DNA of 32,745 nt from a virus. Lineage: Duplodnaviria > Caudoviricetes. Below, piece after piece: positions 6,771 through 14,000 of the stretch. Under the pieces are notes generated by a model that saw nothing but the letters and a program-made list of their open reading frames with translations, made no database searches and had not been told where the DNA came from. Position numbers and translations under genes: made by a program. The first letter of the stretch is position 1, and every line of letters starts with the position of its first letter. Location of the stretch: positions 1 to 32,745 of the IMG/VR virus record IMGVR_UViG_3300043395_001001, one strand, 5' to 3'.

Positions 6771-9086
6771 TTAGGTGGGTGCTTGGAGTGTCCATTCGGT
6801 GACGAGGTATCCACCTCGGTCGGGCTTGCTCTCACGCCAGAATACGGACGTGGGCCAGTCGGTGTAGGTCGTGGCAGGGAAAGTCTCTGAATCGGTCGCG
6901 CTCTCCCAATCAGGATCGCTCGTGCCGATGGTGCATGAGAGCACGAAAGTCGAGTGGAGGCAAGGCGGGATGGAGATGCTGTAAAGCGGGCACTGATACT
7001 GGATGCCTGTCGCCACGAGGTTTGGCGGCGTGACGGTCGGCGGCTGGGTCGCTGACCAGTATTGTGTCGTGGTGGCGAGTTGCGGACCCGTGTAGCCCTG
7101 CTTGTAGCGTGGCACCGGGTAGATGACACTACCGCGACCGTTCTTCGCCTGCCACGTCTTGAAGGAGATTCCGAGCAGCACGTTGGGCCACTCGTAATTG
7201 ACGACCTCCGTCCACGTGCGCACCTCGGTCGAGGCGATGCGTGTCGTCGTCTTGGTCGAGAAGTTCGCGTCAACCGGGGAGAACGTAATCAGCGTGCCGT
7301 CGCTCTGCACACCCGTCTGAACGACCGTGTCCGACGACACAATCTCCGTGGTCTCGACGTAGCCGACGCCGACACGTGGCTCAAGGTTCGTCCCTTTGAG
7401 CGGAGACGGCGAGACGGTCTGCGACACACTGGTGGTCTTGCGCACCGCGCCCTTCTGCTCCACGGCCTGCGAGGCGAACAGGGCTGCGGTCGGATCGGTC
7501 GGCGGCGACACAACGCCAGTCTGCGTGGTCGTCGTGACGTTCTTCTGCAAGGTGCGGAAGAACTTGTCAGGGGCGAGCTTGTTGGTCTCCAGCGAGTAGG
7601 CGGGCTCCAGTGAGACGGCCTGCCCGGTGGTCTTGATGGCGAAGTTCGCATCGACCGGAGAGTAGCTGACGAAGCGGCCGTCGGTTTGGATCGACTGACG
7701 GATCAGTGGCACAGACGTAAGGTCCACGACCTCCTGGGTGACCGGGTAAAGGTAGCCGTCGTCGTTGCTGAGATCGGTGCCGGAGAGAGTCTTCAGCTCG
7801 CCGAGCTGGGTGTCGGTCTTCGTGGTGCGGATGGCACCCTTCTGGTCCACCGTGACCGCCGTGGCCGTGACTGCCGACGGTTGATCCGGCTCGGTCGAGA
7901 CTCCGGTCTCCGTCTCGGTGACGGACTTCATCAGGCCACCGAGGATGAACTTGTCGGGGCGCATCTTGCTCGCCGTCTTGAGGAATCGGTCCTCCAGAGA
8001 CACCGCTTGGCGCGTCACCTTGACAGCGTTGCACGCATCGACCGGGTCATACTCGATCACACGACCATTGGAGTCCACCGTGGTCCCCGACGTGGGAACG
8101 TCGGCGCGAACAACAAGCTCCTGAATCGTCGGGTAGGTCTTGCCGTCGTCGCTGTTGAGGTTCGTCCCGTTGAGTGCCAGCGGGCTGCCGGACTGCGTGA
8201 CAGTGGTCGTGCGTTGGACGCGGCCGTTCTTCTCAATCTCCACGGCAGACCCGGCAGACGGTGTCGGCGTGGACGGTGCGCCCTCAGTGGCGTTGGGGAC
8301 AACGACCGTGTTGGTGGTCTTGGACTGAGGGCAGAAGAACTTGTCTGGGCGCAGACGGTCCACCGAGGTCCGGTAGATCGGGGTGATGTCGATGATCTTT
8401 CCGAAGGTGACGGCGAACCAGTCTTCGGAGAGCTGCTCCCCGATCCGGCCAAAGCCGTCGGCATCCGTCAGCCAGTAGGCGTTGGTGGGTTCGGCGAACA
8501 ACGCCTCCACCGTGGACGAGCCCGTGACGACCTCCCCACGGTAGTAGAGAGTGGTCTCCTTCTTGTTCGGGATGCCGGACTCCTCGGGCTCAATCTCGGT
8601 GAGCGTGACCTTCTTCACGTAGGTCCGCTCCTCGACGACAAAAAGGCTGTCGATCTTCGGATCTTCGCTGCGGATCTGCTTCCGCTCGGCGAGTACGTGC
8701 GTGCCGGAGAACTTCCCTGTCGGCGTGTCGGGCATGGACGCACCCATCGCCGGAGTCGTCGAGCTGAAGCCGGATCTCAGCGTGATGTAGGTCCGCGTGA
8801 CGGCGTCAAACTTGGTTCCGCCGATGTCCGCATTGGAGAAGGCCCAGTTGTAGTCGTCCTGGTTGGCTCTTTCGGCGAGGTAGAAATACTTGTCGTGCTG
8901 ACCCTGTTCGTCGGCCTGCTCGACATGCACGAGCTTGTGGTTCGGCCAGCGGGTGGTGTCCGGATGCGCGGTGCCGAACTCGGGCGGATCTTTGGTGAAG
9001 CCCGGAACCAGCTCGTAGAACAGGAAGTCCGCCACCTTGGGGGTGAGGAACGTAAAGACTCGTTGACGCTTGGGAGCGGGTGCCAC
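6771..9086 (-). CDS. Thr-rich tail-region structural protein with three ~130-aa internal repeats (771 aa)
   Basis: GTG start; PDKF...KG.V..T...L.GT.L...Y....E.V...DG..+.Y.PVDA occurs three times. Confidence 0.75.
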   Translation of the reverse strand: MAPAPKRQRVFTFLTPKVADFLFYELVPGFTKDPPEFGTAHPDTTRWPNHKLVHVEQADEQGQHDKYFYLAERANQDDYNWAFSNADIGGTKFDAVTRTYITLRSGFSSTTPAMGASMPDTPTGKFSGTHVLAERKQIRSEDPKIDSLFVVEERTYVKKVTLTEIEPEESGIPNKKETTLYYRGEVVTGSSTVEALFAEPTNAYWLTDADGFGRIGEQLSEDWFAVTFGKIIDITPIYRTSVDRLRPDKFFCPQSKTTNTVVVPNATEGAPSTPTPSAGSAVEIEKNGRVQRTTTVTQSGSPLALNGTNLNSDDGKTYPTIQELVVRADVPTSGTTVDSNGRVIEYDPVDACNAVKVTRQAVSLEDRFLKTASKMRPDKFILGGLMKSVTETETGVSTEPDQPSAVTATAVTVDQKGAIRTTKTDTQLGELKTLSGTDLSNDDGYLYPVTQEVVDLTSVPLIRQSIQTDGRFVSYSPVDANFAIKTTGQAVSLEPAYSLETNKLAPDKFFRTLQKNVTTTTQTGVVSPPTDPTAALFASQAVEQKGAVRKTTSVSQTVSPSPLKGTNLEPRVGVGYVETTEIVSSDTVVQTGVQSDGTLITFSPVDANFSTKTTTRIASTEVRTWTEVVNYEWPNVLLGISFKTWQAKNGRGSVIYPVPRYKQGYTGPQLATTTQYWSATQPPTVTPPNLVATGIQYQCPLYSISIPPCLHSTFVLSCTIGTSDPDWESATDSETFPATTYTDWPTSVFWRESKPDRGGYLVTEWTLQAPT

Positions 9087-9092
9087 GGCGGT

Positions 9093-9121
9093 ATCCTACT
9101 TGGCGCAGGGGTAAGGGTCAA
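9093..9121 (-). promoter_or_regulatory. Sigma70-like promoter, probably leaderless
   Basis: TTGACC (9121-9116), N17, TAGGAT (9098-9093), 6 nt, GTG (9086). Confidence 0.65.
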
Positions 9122-9810
9122 GCGGGCGCGGGCACGAAGCCCAGCGCGTCCACCACGGATTGATAGCAGATTTCCCGATCCGGGGCGGCAAGGATCATCC
9201 CCGCACCCCCGGCTTTCTTAACCACCCAGCCGATGCGGATCACGTAGTTCGGCGCGGTGGGTGCGGTCTTCGTGATCGCTCCAGCGGTGGCAGCGGAGAG
9301 GTAGAGTGTGTCGCCTTCGTTGTAGGCGTTCGTGTTGATGTCGCGGACCAGTCCGAAGGTCGTCACGTAGCCGTCCTCCCCATGGAGCATCGTGTGGGTG
9401 GCCACACCGATGACGCTGCGCACGATGGACGCCGAGGAGGCGATGGCCTTCGACACGGATGCGCGTTGCCCGGTGGCCCCCGTGATGGCGACGACCTGCC
9501 CGTTGGTGATCGTCGAGCCGGAGTTGTTGTGGACGCGGATGAGGCTTTCCTGCCCCACTTGGATCGCCGTGTCGGGGATGTCCGTCTGGAGCTTCAACGT
9601 CCGGTCGGTCGCATCCCATGAGAGCGTGCCCTCGGTGGTCGGGACGTTCGTCGGCGACAGGTTGAACTGGAGATAGTCGAACTGAGTCTGCTGAAGACCG
9701 GAGAGCGTGATGGTGCGCACCGTGTTGGTGCTCACGTCATACGCGAAGAGCAGATCATCTGACGCGGGTGTCAGGCGAACAAGAACTCGTGCGTCTTCAA
9801 GTTGGGGCAT
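9118..9810 (-). CDS. Putative capsid fibre / decoration protein (230 aa)
   Basis: Start re-called at ATG 9810 (TGATG overlap); contains the common phage domain RVHNNSGSTITNGQVV...IGVAT...GYVTTFGLVRDINT...GDTLYLS...APNYVIRIGWV. Confidence 0.7.
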   Translation of the reverse strand: MPQLEDARVLVRLTPASDDLLFAYDVSTNTVRTITLSGLQQTQFDYLQFNLSPTNVPTTEGTLSWDATDRTLKLQTDIPDTAIQVGQESLIRVHNNSGSTITNGQVVAITGATGQRASVSKAIASSASIVRSVIGVATHTMLHGEDGYVTTFGLVRDINTNAYNEGDTLYLSAATAGAITKTAPTAPNYVIRIGWVVKKAGGAGMILAAPDREICYQSVVDALGFVPAPA

Positions 9811-10496
9811 CAGTAGATTTGTTTGACGACCCAACGGTTGCCGATGTAGGCGAAGTCGAGGGCCAGCGGGGAGTTGACGTTGTCGAACGGGTTTGCGTCC
9901 GTGTAGTCCGTGGTCGTCCCCGCAACGTCAACGAAGCGGATTCCGGATGAGCAGAAGATCACGATGTCCGTGCCGAGCCACTTGAATGACAGTGCCTTGG
10001 TCGGCGCGGCCGGAAGGTTGATCTGGTTGGCCTGCGCGATCATGGCACCGTCGTCGGCTTCGGTGATGGTGCGCGTCACGTAGCCAGTGAGCAGCTTGCC
10101 TTGGAGCGAAATTGTTCCAGACGCGGCAGGGCAGGTAACGTCGAAGTTGGAAGCGGAGCTGCTTGGCTTGATGGATGTTCCGGCCCCTAGTGTGTTCAAC
10201 ACTTTGACGTAGCCATCAGATCCGCCGTCCTCTTCCCCAACTTCAATGCCGACACCAGCGAACAATGTCCTCAGACCGAGGTAACCACCGACAGGGTGCG
10301 TCTTGAGAACCTTCCCGTAGTCGTCGGAGGTAAGGACGTTCGATACTGCGTCTACACCAAAAATCTCCGAAAGCTCCGCCTTCGTGATCGTCTTCACCGT
10401 GCTTGTGCTTTCGTCATAGACGTAGAACATGTCCCCGTCGGCGAGGTCGGAGCTGTTCATGGTTACAAAGTCTCGGGCGTCTTCGAGGCGGGCCAT
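9810..10496 (-). CDS. Putative capsid fibre / decoration protein (228 aa)
   Basis: Start re-called at ATG 10496 (MARLEDAR...) because a terminator-like hairpin lies in the 5' part of the track ORF; N-terminus is homologous to those of both neighbours. Confidence 0.7.
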   Translation of the reverse strand: MARLEDARDFVTMNSSDLADGDMFYVYDESTSTVKTITKAELSEIFGVDAVSNVLTSDDYGKVLKTHPVGGYLGLRTLFAGVGIEVGEEDGGSDGYVKVLNTLGAGTSIKPSSSASNFDVTCPAASGTISLQGKLLTGYVTRTITEADDGAMIAQANQINLPAAPTKALSFKWLGTDIVIFCSSGIRFVDVAGTTTDYTDANPFDNVNSPLALDFAYIGNRWVVKQIY

Positions 10497-10520
10497 TTCT
10501 GTGAAGGTGAGGGTTGTTGG

Positions 10521-10566
10521 AAACAAACGCGCTACCGACGGCAGGAACCGTGGGTAGCGCCTTTTT
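10521..10566. terminator. Probable bidirectional intrinsic terminator
   Basis: Stem GCGCTACC (10529-36) / GGTAGCGC (10553-60) with an inner stem; flanked by AAACAAAC on the left and CTTTTT on the right. Confidence 0.65.
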
Positions 10567-10594
10567 ACGATCCTGGCAGTGAACCGGGTGTTGC

Positions 10595-10819
10595 TCAAGA
10601 CATCTTGCGGGTGAGGACACCACTATTGAGCCACAGGTCTCCGATAGCAAGACCGGAGGAAGAAGTGGGCAGACTGGCGATGTATTTCTCGAACAGCTCC
10701 TCGACAGTGATGGACCGCTCCCCGTTGTTCTGGAGGGATACATCGTAGATCGGAATCCGGTCGGATGCAGAGATGGTCCCGAGGGACGGAATGGTAGGAA
10801 GTTCGCTGAGCTTGGCCAT
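10595..10819 (-). CDS. Small capsid-associated protein (74 aa)
   Basis: First gene after the capsid gene; MAKLSELP...DRIPIYDVS...SITVEEL plus LPTSSSGLAIGDLWLNSGVL fibre-like motif. Confidence 0.75.
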   Translation of the reverse strand: MAKLSELPTIPSLGTISASDRIPIYDVSLQNNGERSITVEELFEKYIASLPTSSSGLAIGDLWLNSGVLTRKMS

Positions 10820-10840
10820 GGTGGGATTCTACGGTTTGAG

Positions 10841-10880
10841 TTCAAAGAAGGGGCACCCCACTGGGAAAGCAGGGTGCCCC
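10841..10880 (-). terminator. Intrinsic terminator after major capsid gene
   Basis: GGGGCACCC (10850-58) / GGGTGCCCC (10872-80) stem followed by TTCTTT on the minus strand, starting 12 nt after the capsid stop. Confidence 0.75.
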
Positions 10881-10892
10881 GTGACATCCGGC

Positions 10893-12194
10893 TTAGGCAG
10901 CCGGGGTGGTGCTGGTGCGCTTGAACAGGATCACGTAGCCGCGCTCGATGTTCTTCGGCAAGCTGGCCGAGGCGAGAGTTCCCATGTAGAAACCGATGGT
11001 TCCGAGCGGGTTCTTGATCTCGTCCTTGATGTTCAGCCAGTTGAACTCGCCAGTGTGGTTGACGGGGTCGAAGCTGAAGCCAGCAGCGGAGACGTTCGGG
11101 GGCGGGATCTGCACCTCCATGACGGACTTCACGAGCACGTAGGCAGCCTCGTAGTCGGCGCTGTCGTAGGCCGAGTTGTAGTTGCCAGCGGCGTCGAGCG
11201 GCTCAACACGGGTCAGCACGTTGCTGACAATGTTGAAGCGCGGCATCGTGTCGTCGATGATGTGGTAGAAGCCACGGAACGAACGGCTCACACCAAGGGG
11301 CTTGATGAGGTCGTCCACCTTGGAGCTTTCGCGGAGGTCGTCGCGGTAACCGGACTCGGTGACGAGCTGGTAGCTGGCCTCAGCGGAGGTCATCAGCGCG
11401 AACACCGGGGCTCCGTCAACGGTGCCGTAGGCATCGGATTGAGGAGAGGTGATGCGCAGGCGGGTGCCGACACGGTCGAGGATCTTGTTGGAGATGTTCG
11501 TCGTCGGGATGACGTTGATGCCCGTGGCGTGACCGACCATGGCAAGACCAGCGAGGTTGACACCATAGAAGGCGTCGTCGATGGTGCCGTCCGCATCAGA
11601 GTCAACCAGAGTGGCGACGGTGGTACTGGAGGTGCAGGTCACGAGGTTGCCGCAGAGGCGCTCATACTCGGTCTGGTTCCGGCGTTCCCAGGACCAGCGG
11701 GTCGCACCACCAAGGGCGTTGGTGATCGCGGTGGCTTGCTTGGTCAGGTTCGCAGCGGAGCGCAGGTCGTTGATGTCCACGTAGGGCGAGCGAACGCGGG
11801 CGATTTCGAGGTAGTAGCTGCGCAGCTTCTTGGTCCACTTGACATAGGCAAGCGAAGCGGAAGCGGTGGAACCGATGGTCTCGTTGGCCGCATACTCGTT
11901 GGGCTGGGACTCAATGGAGCTGTTGAGCGACTGGGACGAGGTGATCTCGGTGCCGACGCGAGCCCAGTTCAGACCGACAGTCGAGCCACCAGCAGCGGTG
12001 GTCGGGATGGAGCGGTCGTAGATGAGCGAGGTCAGGTTGTCACCCATGCCAGTCGGGAGGGCCGACTTGGGCAGGACGTTGAACCAGGGGCTCATGTAGA
12101 GGTGGTTTTCATAGACGGCCTTGTCGATGACGAAGGCGTTTTGCGCCATCACCTGATCGATGTCGGCGGTACCGGAGTTGGTGTAATCAGACAT
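10893..12194 (-). CDS. Major capsid protein (433 aa)
   Basis: Position after portal and scaffold; very strong codon bias; own promoter and terminator; size and composition fit a capsid protein. Confidence 0.8.
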   Translation of the reverse strand: MSDYTNSGTADIDQVMAQNAFVIDKAVYENHLYMSPWFNVLPKSALPTGMGDNLTSLIYDRSIPTTAAGGSTVGLNWARVGTEITSSQSLNSSIESQPNEYAANETIGSTASASLAYVKWTKKLRSYYLEIARVRSPYVDINDLRSAANLTKQATAITNALGGATRWSWERRNQTEYERLCGNLVTCTSSTTVATLVDSDADGTIDDAFYGVNLAGLAMVGHATGINVIPTTNISNKILDRVGTRLRITSPQSDAYGTVDGAPVFALMTSAEASYQLVTESGYRDDLRESSKVDDLIKPLGVSRSFRGFYHIIDDTMPRFNIVSNVLTRVEPLDAAGNYNSAYDSADYEAAYVLVKSVMEVQIPPPNVSAAGFSFDPVNHTGEFNWLNIKDEIKNPLGTIGFYMGTLASASLPKNIERGYVILFKRTSTTPAA

Positions 12195-12227
12195 GGTAGT
12201 GTTCTACTAAGTTGAAGGAGGGTGCCT

Positions 12228-12244
12228 CGTGTCACCGTGACACG
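12228..12244. promoter_or_regulatory. Perfect palindrome CGTGTCAC-C-GTGACACG (candidate operator 2)
   Basis: 8-bp arms with a 1-nt centre, 33 nt upstream of the capsid ATG. Confidence 0.5.
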
Positions 12245-12277
12245 TTGGCGGATGGAACCGGGCTGAGCCGGATGTCC

Positions 12278-12378
12278 GAGACTAGAACCCTATTAGGCCG
12301 GGAGCTGGCGGTCTCTGAAGTGGACTGCTTCAACAACCTCGTTAGAACCCTACAATGCCGGGAGCTGGCAGGTCGTCG
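12278..12378 (-). repeat. Tandem 27-nt motif in the capsid leader, each copy enclosed by a different stem (candidate cis-regulatory RNA)
   Basis: 12283-12309 and 12343-12369 match at 24/27 positions, 60 nt apart; closing stems 12278-82/12311-15 and 12331-39/12370-78. Confidence 0.7.
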
Positions 12379-12387
12379 TTGCGAGCA

Positions 12388-12419
12388 CAGTATTACCGTA
12401 ATACTGGCTCGGCTGTCAA
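12388..12419 (-). promoter_or_regulatory. Capsid-gene promoter overlapped by palindrome CAGTATTAC-C-GTAATACTG (candidate operator 1)
   Basis: TTGACA (12419-14), N18, TAATAC; the palindrome with 9-bp arms (12388-12406) covers the -10 region. Confidence 0.6.
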
Positions 12420-12426
12420 CCGGGGC

Positions 12427-12467
12427 AAAAACAAACCCCCTGCCCCCACTCAGGGACAGAGGGTTTG
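12427..12467 (-). terminator. Intrinsic terminator after scaffold gene
   Basis: Minus strand reads CAAACCCTCTGTCCCT-GAGT-GGGGGCAGGGGGTTTG followed by TTTTT. Confidence 0.8.
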
Positions 12468-12488
12468 CGACACCATGAACAGAAACGA

Positions 12489-13610
12489 TTATGCCATCCC
12501 GAGTCCCGCCTTCAGAGCGGACGCGAGATCCTTCGGCGGCTCACCCTTGGCACGGGTGAAGTTGGTCACGCCGGGTTTGGCTTGGCGGTAGGCGAGCAGT
12601 TCCTCCAGTAGTTCGTCGCGCTCCTTGAGAATCGCGGCGTGCTGGGTGGCCAGTTTGGAGAACGTCTTGCGGGCGATGAGGTTGTAAACCTTCTCCTGCT
12701 CGGGGAGGGCGTCCGGGTCGATGTCGGCCACCTCCTGCGCAGCCTCTTCGGCCATGGTCTTCGCAAACGGGATGAACTTCCCGATCTGGCGGGTGATGAG
12801 CGGCACGGCGTCGCGGCGTTCCTCGGCACGGGCGGCGATCTGCTCCGCTGTCTCCCGTTCTCCACGGGCTTGCAGTTCCAGTAGGGCCTTGTCCGCGTTG
12901 GCATAAAGTTGCTCGCGCTTCTCCATGACGGGCTTCATCGCCGAGCGGGCGTTGGCCAGAGCGACCACGTCCATCGGGGAGACCTGGAGACCGGAGAGCA
13001 GGTCGTTGAGCTTCGACTCGTAGGCTTCGTCCTCGGGGTTCTCAATGGCGTCGGCGAGAGCGTCGTAGTCGATGTCGTAACGCTCGGCGATCTTGCCGAT
13101 CTTCGTGGCGATCTCGCGGGCGGGCTTGGCCACCTGATCTTGGAACGCCTGAGTCTTCTCCAGTTTGACCACGAGCATCTCGTTCTCGTATTCCTGGAGC
13201 TTCGCCTCGTATTCCTTGGCCTTGGTCGCGCTGACCTCCAGCTCCTTGAGCTTGGCCTCAAGCTGCGCCTTGGCATTGCGCTCGGCCTCGGTCTCGGTCT
13301 TGAGGCGTTTCACCTCCTCCTTGAGTTCCTTGAAGCGGTGTTCGACCTTGTCACCCTTGGCGTCCTCGGTCTTCTCCGGTTCGGCGATGCCGAGTTCTTT
13401 CTTCAGGAACTCGGGGGTCTCGTCGTCAGACAAGTCGGGGAGATCAGGAGTAGGTGTTTGCGGCGGCTCCGGTGCGGGAGTCGGCTCGGCGGCGGCAGCA
13501 GGAGTAGGTTCCGGTGCGGGCTCGGCAGCAGGTGTCGCGGGCTCTGCCGGGAAGAGCTGGCTCGCCAGTGCGGCGGCCAACGGGTTGTCATTGCTTTCGG
13601 TGGGGTCCAT
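12489..13610 (-). CDS. Capsid scaffolding protein (373 aa)
   Basis: Lies between portal and capsid; Pro/Ala/Glu-rich N-terminus followed by long acidic coiled coils. Confidence 0.75.
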   Translation of the reverse strand: MDPTESNDNPLAAALASQLFPAEPATPAAEPAPEPTPAAAAEPTPAPEPPQTPTPDLPDLSDDETPEFLKKELGIAEPEKTEDAKGDKVEHRFKELKEEVKRLKTETEAERNAKAQLEAKLKELEVSATKAKEYEAKLQEYENEMLVVKLEKTQAFQDQVAKPAREIATKIGKIAERYDIDYDALADAIENPEDEAYESKLNDLLSGLQVSPMDVVALANARSAMKPVMEKREQLYANADKALLELQARGERETAEQIAARAEERRDAVPLITRQIGKFIPFAKTMAEEAAQEVADIDPDALPEQEKVYNLIARKTFSKLATQHAAILKERDELLEELLAYRQAKPGVTNFTRAKGEPPKDLASALKAGLGMA

Positions 13611-13612
13611 GT

Positions 13613-13681
13613 CTTAGTCGTATTTGGGGTGAAGTCTGCACCGCCTCGGAGGGAGGTGGGCTTAGTCGTATTTGGGGTGAA
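13613..13681. repeat. Perfect 21-bp direct repeat CTTAGTCGTATTTGGGGTGAA x2 with a 27-bp spacer
   Basis: Copies at 13613-13633 and 13661-13681. Confidence 0.95.
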
Positions 13682-13994
13682 TGTGTTCCCACGGCTCAAG
13701 AGGAGCGGTGGCGGCGGGCTTCTGAATCAGGCCGATGAACAGGTCCGGGATCTGGGATGCGACCGAGTGCATGGCCGTCTTGCGTGCCAGCAGTTCGGCC
13801 GACTCGACGCGGATGGCGTCGGTTGAGACTTCAAACTTCTTCGCAATGAAGTGGCATGCGGCGAGGAACACCTCATCGGTGACAATCGCCTTGATGCGCT
13901 CCTGATGAATCTCGTTTTGAATCCACGACTCAAGCGTGGGGTAGGTTCGTGTCTGCCTCGGTTTGCGCGTGGGCTTCGCTGGGGTATCACTCAT
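13662..13994 (-). CDS. Hypothetical protein between portal and scaffold (110 aa)
   Basis: Starts 6 nt after the portal stop; helical; a typical position for a small head-assembly gene. Confidence 0.75.
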   Translation of the reverse strand: MSDTPAKPTRKPRQTRTYPTLESWIQNEIHQERIKAIVTDEVFLAACHFIAKKFEVSTDAIRVESAELLARKTAMHSVASQIPDLFIGLIQKPAATAPLEPWEHIHPKYD

Positions 13995-14000
13995 GTGGGG

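Noticed and set aside
12278-12378. HDV-like/theta ribozyme or preQ1 riboswitch identity for the capsid-leader motif
   Set aside because: No convincing P1 partner for the segment before GGG in either copy, and no A-rich 3' tail or preQ1 stem despite the GGUUCUA similarity.
12212-12591. Plus-strand ORFs 12212..12478 and 12355..12591
   Set aside because: They run antisense through a promoter, terminator and repeat region; their internal repeat just reflects the DNA repeat.
13613-13681. Mini-CRISPR interpretation of the 21-bp repeat pair
   Set aside because: Only two copies, one is coding sequence, the repeat is non-palindromic, and no cas genes are present.
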